Below, piece by piece: positions 26,458 to 31,747 of a stretch of 31,747 nt of DNA; positions within the stretch are counted from its first letter, which is position 1; every line of letters starts with the position of its first letter. Below the pieces are notes generated by a model, which made no database searches, was not told the origin of the DNA, and saw only the letters and a list, made by a program, of their open reading frames with translations. The DNA is taken from positions 1 to 31,747 of the forward strand of contig JAOUDR010000001.1 of the NCBI GenBank assembly GCA_029859185.1, read 5' to 3'. A program made the translations under genes and the position numbers. Source of the DNA: Gemmatimonadota bacterium. Lineage in GTDB: Bacteria > Gemmatimonadota > Gemmatimonadetes > Gemmatimonadales > GWC2-71-9.

Positions 26458-27519
26458 ATGCGAACGCTGCTGCTTCCCCTCGGCCTCCTGGTCGCCACCA
26501 CCCCCGCGGCCGCCGAGCCGTACCTGGCACTCCGGACCGGGCTCAAATGCTCGTCATGTCACACGAACCTGACGGGCGGTGGGAACCGCAACACCTACGG
26601 TGGCATTTTCTCGCAGACGCAGCTGCCAATGAGGCCCGGCACGGTCGTCAGCAAGAACGTCACGGATTTCCTCCAGATCGGCTGGGACCTGCGGGTCGAA
26701 GCGTCGGGGACGTTCAAGGCGTCCACGCCACGCACCAGCATCGGACTCGACGTCGCGCAGCTGTACGCCGCCGCCGAGCTGCTGGAGAACCGGCTGGTGC
26801 TCTACATCGACCAGACGGTCGGTCCGGACCGCGCCGTCGCGCGCGAGGCCTTCGGCATGGTGAAGCGCCTCCCTGGGGAGGGCTACATCAAGGCCGGGAA
26901 GTTCCTGCTCCCCTACGGCCTCCGATTACAGGATGATGCCGAGTACATCCGCGAACGAACGGGATTCTCTTACAAGACACCGGATCAAGGCGTCGAGGTT
27001 GGACTCGAGCCGGGTCCGCTGGCGATCGCCGTCGCCCTGACCAACGGCAGCACGGGTGCCGTCGAGAACGACAACGGCAAGCAGGTCACCTCGAGCGCCG
27101 CCGTGGTCTTCCGTCAGTTCCGGCTCGGGGCCTCGGCCTCGCGCAACGACGGAACGGATCAACGCCGGGAAGTCGTGGGCGGCTTCGGCGGCTTCAACGT
27201 CGGCCCACTGGTCCTCATGGGAGAGCTGGACTACGTGCGGGACAAGCCCGTGCAGGGTGACACGGTACGCCAACTCATGGCCTACGGTGAGGCGGACTGG
27301 TTGCTCATACGCGGGCTCAACGCCAAGGTCACGTACGGGTGGCTCGACCCCAACATGGACGTCGCCGAAAACGAGCGGATTCGCGCCCGGTTCGGGCTCG
27401 AGTTCTTCCCGACTCCGTTCCTGCGGTTCGCGGGCTTCTACGGCCTGTTCAAGGACATCCCGCAGGCGACGACAACCAACCTGGACCGTTGGAGCGTCGA
27501 GGCGCACGTGTTGTTCTGA
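26458..27519 (+). CDS. Outer-membrane beta-barrel with an N-terminal CXXCH heme motif (cytochrome-porin fusion, Cyc2-like)
   Basis: GGAGG RBS; signal peptide PAAA/E; EPYLALRTGLKCSSCH (motif at 26548-26562); amphipathic beta-strand patterns; terminal Phe (SVEAHVLF). Confidence 0.82.
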   Translation: MRTLLLPLGLLVATTPAAAEPYLALRTGLKCSSCHTNLTGGGNRNTYGGIFSQTQLPMRPGTVVSKNVTDFLQIGWDLRVEASGTFKASTPRTSIGLDVAQLYAAAELLENRLVLYIDQTVGPDRAVAREAFGMVKRLPGEGYIKAGKFLLPYGLRLQDDAEYIRERTGFSYKTPDQGVEVGLEPGPLAIAVALTNGSTGAVENDNGKQVTSSAAVVFRQFRLGASASRNDGTDQRREVVGGFGGFNVGPLVLMGELDYVRDKPVQGDTVRQLMAYGEADWLLIRGLNAKVTYGWLDPNMDVAENERIRARFGLEFFPTPFLRFAGFYGLFKDIPQATTTNLDRWSVEAHVLF

Positions 27520-27521
27520 GG

Positions 27522-27592
27522 CGATGGCCGACAGCCGGTAGCCGAACGCTCTTGCACTGTTCGGCTATCGGCCGTCGGCCATCGGCTATCGG
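27522..27592. repeat. Heptamer-array hairpin between convergent genes
   Basis: 27522-27547 pairs with 27559-27584 at 24 of 26 positions; the extra TCGGCTA unit holds the amidohydrolase stop. Confidence 0.9.
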
Positions 27593-28869
27593 TTCAGGTA
27601 GTCCAGCAGCACCGCCGTCATGACCCGAATGCCAACCGGAATCGCGGAGTCGTCGGCCTGGAAGGTCGGCGTGTGGTGATCGCCGGAGACGGTTCCCGGC
27701 TTCTGCACCCCGAGACGATAGAAGAACCCGGGCACCTCGTTGGCGAACAGCGAGAAGTCCTCGCCCACCATGGCCGGCTCGAGTTCGACGACATTGTCGT
27801 CACCGAGCACGCGCGCGATCGTGGGCACGGTGCGCTGCGTCAGGGCGACGTCGTTGATCACGGCAGGGGAACCGCGCTGGTAGGTGATCTCGTACGTCCC
27901 GCCACCCGCCGAAGTGATCCCGGCCACGATCTCCTGCATGCGGCGCTCCACGATGTCCTGGGCCTCCGTGGAGTAGGTGCGCACGGTGCCTTCGAGCTTC
28001 ACTTCCGCCGGGATGATGTTGAACCGCTCGCCCCCGTGAATCCTGCCCACGGTCACCACACTCGGCGCCAGCGGCGAGAGGTTGCGCGAGCGGATCGTCT
28101 GGAGCCCCATCACGACCTGCGACGCCATGACGACCGGATCCACGCTCAGGTGGGGTGACGCCCCGTGGGCTTGTCGGCCCCGGACGGTGATCCAGAACTG
28201 ATCCACGGCCGCAAGCGCGGGTCCCGGCGTGTACCCGACGACTCCCACGTCCAGCGACGCCATGGTGTGCAACCCGAACACGGCACTGGGCCGCGGGTCG
28301 GCGAACGCCCCCTCTTCAAGCATGAGGGACGCGCCGCCCTCTTCCCCCGGCGGCGGGCCTTCCTCGGCCGGCTGGAAGATGAACAGCACCGTCCCCGGCA
28401 GGTCGGCGCGCATGCCGGCCAGCACCTCGGCCACACCAAGCTGCACGGCGACATGCACATCGTGGCCGCACGCGTGCATCACACCAACTTCCTGCCCCAG
28501 GTAGGTGGTGCGGACGGTCGATTTGAACGGGTAGGGCGTGTCCTCCGTTACCGGGAGGGCATCCATGTCCGCCCGCACCGCGACCACGGGGCCCGGCCGG
28601 CCGCCGCGGAGCACCCCCACGACACCAGTATGCGCGATGTCGGTGCGCACCTCGTCCAGGCCAAGCCCGCGCAAGCGCGAAGCAACGACCCTCGCCGTCT
28701 CCACCTCGCGGTTTCCCAGCTCAGGGTTTTGATGCAGGCGGTGCCGGATGTCCACCATGGCGGGCGCCACCTCACGTACCGCCGCCGCGACACGGGCATC
28801 CCGTTCCTGGCCGATCACGACGGTGGTGACTCCACCGAGCATCACTACCGAGAGCATCAGGACACGCAT
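27586..28869 (-). CDS. Exported M20D family amidohydrolase
   Basis: HRLHQNPELGNRE, RADMDALP, MHACGHD, FQPAEEG, GLHT, GEDF, HHTP; signal peptide. The start could be 28875 instead. Confidence 0.95.
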   Translation of the reverse strand: MRVLMLSVVMLGGVTTVVIGQERDARVAAAVREVAPAMVDIRHRLHQNPELGNREVETARVVASRLRGLGLDEVRTDIAHTGVVGVLRGGRPGPVVAVRADMDALPVTEDTPYPFKSTVRTTYLGQEVGVMHACGHDVHVAVQLGVAEVLAGMRADLPGTVLFIFQPAEEGPPPGEEGGASLMLEEGAFADPRPSAVFGLHTMASLDVGVVGYTPGPALAAVDQFWITVRGRQAHGASPHLSVDPVVMASQVVMGLQTIRSRNLSPLAPSVVTVGRIHGGERFNIIPAEVKLEGTVRTYSTEAQDIVERRMQEIVAGITSAGGGTYEITYQRGSPAVINDVALTQRTVPTIARVLGDDNVVELEPAMVGEDFSLFANEVPGFFYRLGVQKPGTVSGDHHTPTFQADDSAIPVGIRVMTAVLLDYLNR

Positions 28870-28910
28870 GATCATGTTCCCCTGCGGTTGTCTATGGTCG
28901 TCCCCATCGT

Positions 28911-28949
28911 CCGTCCCCGTCCGTCCCCGTCCGTCCCCGTCCGTCCCCC
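28911..28949. repeat. Tandem 10-mer array (CCGTCCCCGT)x3 plus a partial copy
   Basis: Read directly; lies in the divergent intergenic region. Confidence 0.9.
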
Positions 28950-29008
28950 AAACAACCCCCCCGCACCCGCAGGCGCCAGCGCGAGTGGTCCATTAGCTTG
29001 ATCGCCAT

Positions 29009-29977
29009 ATGTCGCTGCCCATCGCGCTGCTGTTCGTGTTGGCTGGGATCGGCCTGTTGGCCGGCGGCGGTGAGGCGTTGGTCCGCGGCGCGGTGTCACT
29101 GGCCCGTCGGCTGCGCGTGAGCACGGTCGTCATCGGCTTGACGATCGTGGCAATGGGTACGTCCGCCCCGGAGCTGGCGGCAAGCCTGACTGCGGCGCTC
29201 CACGGCCGCGGCGACATCGCGGTCGGCAACGTCGTCGGCTCCAACATCCTCAACATCGCGATGATCGTGGGCATGTCGGCGGTGCTGCTACCCATCACCG
29301 TCCACCTGTCCGCCATCCGGGTCGAGTGGCCGGTGATGCTCGCGCTGTCGGTGGCGGTGGTCGCCATGGCGCAGAATGGGATCATCAGTCGCGCCGAGGG
29401 AATCGGGCTCGTTCTCACGTTGATGGGCTTCATCGTGTACCTGATCGTGAGCGCCGAGCGCCCGGCGAGCGCCCGTGACCGGCCGTCGATCGAGATCGAG
29501 GTGGACTCGCTCACCGTTCGTGCCGCCCGTTACCAGGGCTTCATCGACGTGGGGCTGATTCTGTTTGGCGTGGCCATGCTGGTCGGCGGTGCCCAGGCGC
29601 TGGTCCGCGGCGCGGTCGTGCTGGCCGAATTCGCGGGCCTGTCCGAACGCGTCATCGGCCTCACGGTCGTGGCGTTCGGCACGAGCCTGCCGGAACTCGC
29701 GACCAGCCTGGTCGCCGCGCGCCGTGGACAGGCCGAAATTGCGCTCGCCAACGTGATCGGCTCAAACATCTTCAACCTCACGGCCATCCTCGGCACCGTG
29801 GCTATCGTGACGCCGCAGAGCGTACCACGGGAGACCATCACGCTCGATTTCTGGTGGATGCTTGCCTATGCGGTCGTCCTGCTGCCAATGATGCGAGTGG
29901 GCATGCGCATCACGCGGGTCGAGGGCGCCGCACTGCTTGCCAGTTACGGCGTCTACCTGTTCTTCCTGCTCCGCTAG
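29009..29977 (+). CDS. Calcium/sodium:proton antiporter (CaCA, YrbG-like), copy 1
   Basis: Alpha repeats GTSAPEL...GNVVGSNILN and GTSLPEL...ANVIGSNIFN. Confidence 0.95.
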   Translation: MSLPIALLFVLAGIGLLAGGGEALVRGAVSLARRLRVSTVVIGLTIVAMGTSAPELAASLTAALHGRGDIAVGNVVGSNILNIAMIVGMSAVLLPITVHLSAIRVEWPVMLALSVAVVAMAQNGIISRAEGIGLVLTLMGFIVYLIVSAERPASARDRPSIEIEVDSLTVRAARYQGFIDVGLILFGVAMLVGGAQALVRGAVVLAEFAGLSERVIGLTVVAFGTSLPELATSLVAARRGQAEIALANVIGSNIFNLTAILGTVAIVTPQSVPRETITLDFWWMLAYAVVLLPMMRVGMRITRVEGAALLASYGVYLFFLLR

Positions 29978-30003
29978 ACTGGACCAACCCGAGGATCCCC
30001 GCG

Positions 30004-30966
30004 ATTTCCCCACTCGTCGCCCTCGCCCTGGTCGTCGTCGGGATCGCCGCCCTGGCTGCCGGCGGGGAGTTGCTGGTTCGCGGTGCCGTTTCGCTGGCCC
30101 GCGCCCTCCGCGTGAGCACCGCCGTCATCGGACTGACGGTGGTGGCGGCGGGGACCTCGATGCCCGAGCTGGCCGTGAGCCTGTTCGCCTCCCTCCAAGG
30201 AAAGGCGGACATCGCGGTCGGCAACGTCGTGGGGTCCAACATCTTCAACGTCGCCGCCATCCTCGGCATCGCGGCGCTGCTCGCCCCAATGGTCGTGCAC
30301 CTGACCGCGGTGCGGCTGGAGTGGCCGGTCATGGCCATCGTCTCGGTCGGGTTCCTCCTGCTCGCGCGGGACGGCATCATCGATCGCCTCGAGGGCGGTG
30401 TGCTCCTCGTCGTGCTGATCGGGTTCACCACCTACATGATCCGGCTGGCCCGACGGCACACCACGCCGGAGGACGCGGCGGCGTTCGCCACGAGCGTGGA
30501 CGGATGGACGGGACAGGGACGCCGCCTGGCCGTGGACCTGGGGCTCGTGGCGGGTGGCGTGATCCTGCTGGTGGGTGGCGCGCAGGTGCTGGTGCGCGGC
30601 GCGGCGACGCTTGCGACGGCGGCGGGCCTGTCGGAGCGGGTGGTCGGGCTCACGATCGTCGCGGCCGGAACCTCGATGCCGGAGCTCGCCGCCTCGCTCG
30701 TGGCTGCGCGGCGCAAGCAGGCCGGGATCGCGCTCGCCAACGTCATCGGCTCGAACATCTTCAACCTCGCCGGCATTCTGGGCCTGGTCTCGGTCGTCAC
30801 GCCGCAACGCGTGAATTCCGCCATCATCCACAGCGACAACTGGTGGATGGTCGGCTTTGCCATCGTGCTGTTCCCCATCATCCGCTCCGGCATGCGCATC
30901 GGCCGCGGAGAGGGCGCCGTGCTGTTGGCGGCCTACGGTGTGTACCTCGCGCTGCTGCTGCGATAG
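30004..30966 (+). CDS. Calcium/sodium:proton antiporter (CaCA, YrbG-like), copy 2, probable ATT start
   Basis: GTSMPEL...GNVVGSNIFN and GTSMPEL...ANVIGSNIFN; N-terminus colinear with copy 1 from ATT 30004; GAGGA 8 nt upstream. Confidence 0.9.
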   Translation: MSPLVALALVVVGIAALAAGGELLVRGAVSLARALRVSTAVIGLTVVAAGTSMPELAVSLFASLQGKADIAVGNVVGSNIFNVAAILGIAALLAPMVVHLTAVRLEWPVMAIVSVGFLLLARDGIIDRLEGGVLLVVLIGFTTYMIRLARRHTTPEDAAAFATSVDGWTGQGRRLAVDLGLVAGGVILLVGGAQVLVRGAATLATAAGLSERVVGLTIVAAGTSMPELAASLVAARRKQAGIALANVIGSNIFNLAGILGLVSVVTPQRVNSAIIHSDNWWMVGFAIVLFPIIRSGMRIGRGEGAVLLAAYGVYLALLLR

Positions 30967-31021
30967 GCCGCGGCGCAAGATCCGGGTTGAGCCCGGCCCC
31001 TTCCTGCCCGAGATTCACCCC

Positions 31022-31747
31022 ATGCCACTGACCGACTATGACCGGATGACCCAAGCGCTCGCCTTTCTGGACGCGCACGCGGACCGCCGCCCCTCGCTCG
31101 ACGAAGTCGCCGAGGCGGCGGGTCTGAGCCCGTTCCACTTCCAACGGCTGTTCCGGCGATGGGCCGGCGTGAGCCCGGCGCGGCTCGTGCAGTACCGAAC
31201 CGCCCAGCGGGCCAAGGCGGCCCTCCGCGAGGGGCGCACCGTCCTCGATGCCGCCTACGAGGTCGGGCTCTCGGGGCCGGGACGGCTACACGATCTCCTC
31301 GTTGCGGTGGACGCCGTGACGCCGGGGAACGTCCGCACCGCCGGTGCCGGTCTCACGATTCGTCACGGCTATCACCAGACCCCGTTCGGGGGAGCGACGG
31401 TCGCCGTCACCGACCGGGGCATCTGTGCCCTCGGGTTCGATGACGACGAGCGCGGCGCCACGGTCGAGCGGCTCGAGCATGACTGGCCGGCGGCACACCT
31501 CGTAGGGGACGAGCGCGGGACCGTCCCCGTGATCGAGCAGATCTTCGACCAGGCCAAGGCCGGGCAGCCACTCACCTTGCACCTGCGCGGCACCAACTTC
31601 CAACTCAAGGTCTGGGAAGCGCTGCTCGCGATCCCCGAAGGCGCCACGACCTCGTACGGACAACTCGCCAAGACCATCGGGAAGCCCACGGCGAGCCGCG
31701 CGGTGGGGAGCGCCGTCGGCGACAATCCGGTGTCGTTCCTCGTCCCG
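31022..31747 (+). CDS. Bifunctional AraC-type HTH / methylated-DNA--protein-cysteine methyltransferase (Ada-like), truncated by the window end; missing from the ORF track
   Basis: My translation: MPLTDYDRMTQALAFL...PSLDEVAEAAGLSPFHFQRLFRRWAGVSP...GLSGPGRLHDL...GTNFQLKVWEALLAIPEGATTSYGQLA...ASRAVGSAVGDNPVSFLVP, stopping just before the expected CHRV. Confidence 0.93.
   Translation, partial: MPLTDYDRMTQALAFLDAHADRRPSLDEVAEAAGLSPFHFQRLFRRWAGVSPARLVQYRTAQRAKAALREGRTVLDAAYEVGLSGPGRLHDLLVAVDAVTPGNVRTAGAGLTIRHGYHQTPFGGATVAVTDRGICALGFDDDERGATVERLEHDWPAAHLVGDERGTVPVIEQIFDQAKAGQPLTLHLRGTNFQLKVWEALLAIPEGATTSYGQLAKTIGKPTASRAVGSAVGDNPVSFLVP

Noticed and set aside
18199-28949. Repeat arrays as CRISPR arrays
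   Set aside because: Units are 7-13 nt with no unique spacers of regular length, and no cas genes are present.
29854-30003. ATG 29854 as the start of antiporter copy 2
   Set aside because: It overlaps copy 1 by 124 nt and adds a hydrophilic, non-homologous extension.
1-31747. Stop-codon recoding (pyrrolysine or selenocysteine) to explain TAG abundance
   Set aside because: Genes end at family-typical C-termini, no domain is interrupted by an in-frame stop, and no pyl or sel genes are visible.
1-31747. Prophage, IS element, integron integrase, defence system, tRNA or rRNA
   Set aside because: No recognisable genes or RNA signatures; composition looks uniform across the window.

Overview
GC-rich bacterial chromosomal window, probably Gemmatimonadota or a similar lineage (inference from an ADOP-type permease, many exported peptidases, sdhCAB type and intergenic repeat style). 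It holds about 31 genes and I see no rRNA, tRNA, CRISPR array, transposase or phage gene. Left to right: a 3' gene fragment; exported M20 peptidase; membrane protein-winged-helix regulator-UppS paralog operon with an upstream palindrome; double aspartyl protease-PDZ protein; CoA-binding protein; ANKH/MATE-like transporter; exported DsrE protein; HDxxH hypothetical protein; ADOP permease; TetR plus alpha/beta hydrolase; ferritin-like protein; DUF1684 plus TlpA; sdhCAB; M23, S9 and M28 peptidases; small secreted protein; MarR plus DoxX; a cytochrome c lipoprotein with a CX4CH motif plus an outer-membrane barrel with an N-terminal CXXCH; M20 amidohydrolase; two tandem Ca/Na antiporters; a truncated Ada-like gene. 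The most notable items are (1) the Cyc2-like cytochrome-porin and its partner lipoprotein cytochrome, divergent from marR-doxX; (2) a recurring set of short-unit tandem/inverted repeat hairpins that abut TAG stop codons and twice fall inside signal-peptide coding regions; (3) a probable ATT start codon; (4) a regulated non-housekeeping cis-prenyltransferase operon. Family assignments come from motif recognition and memory, not from database searches.
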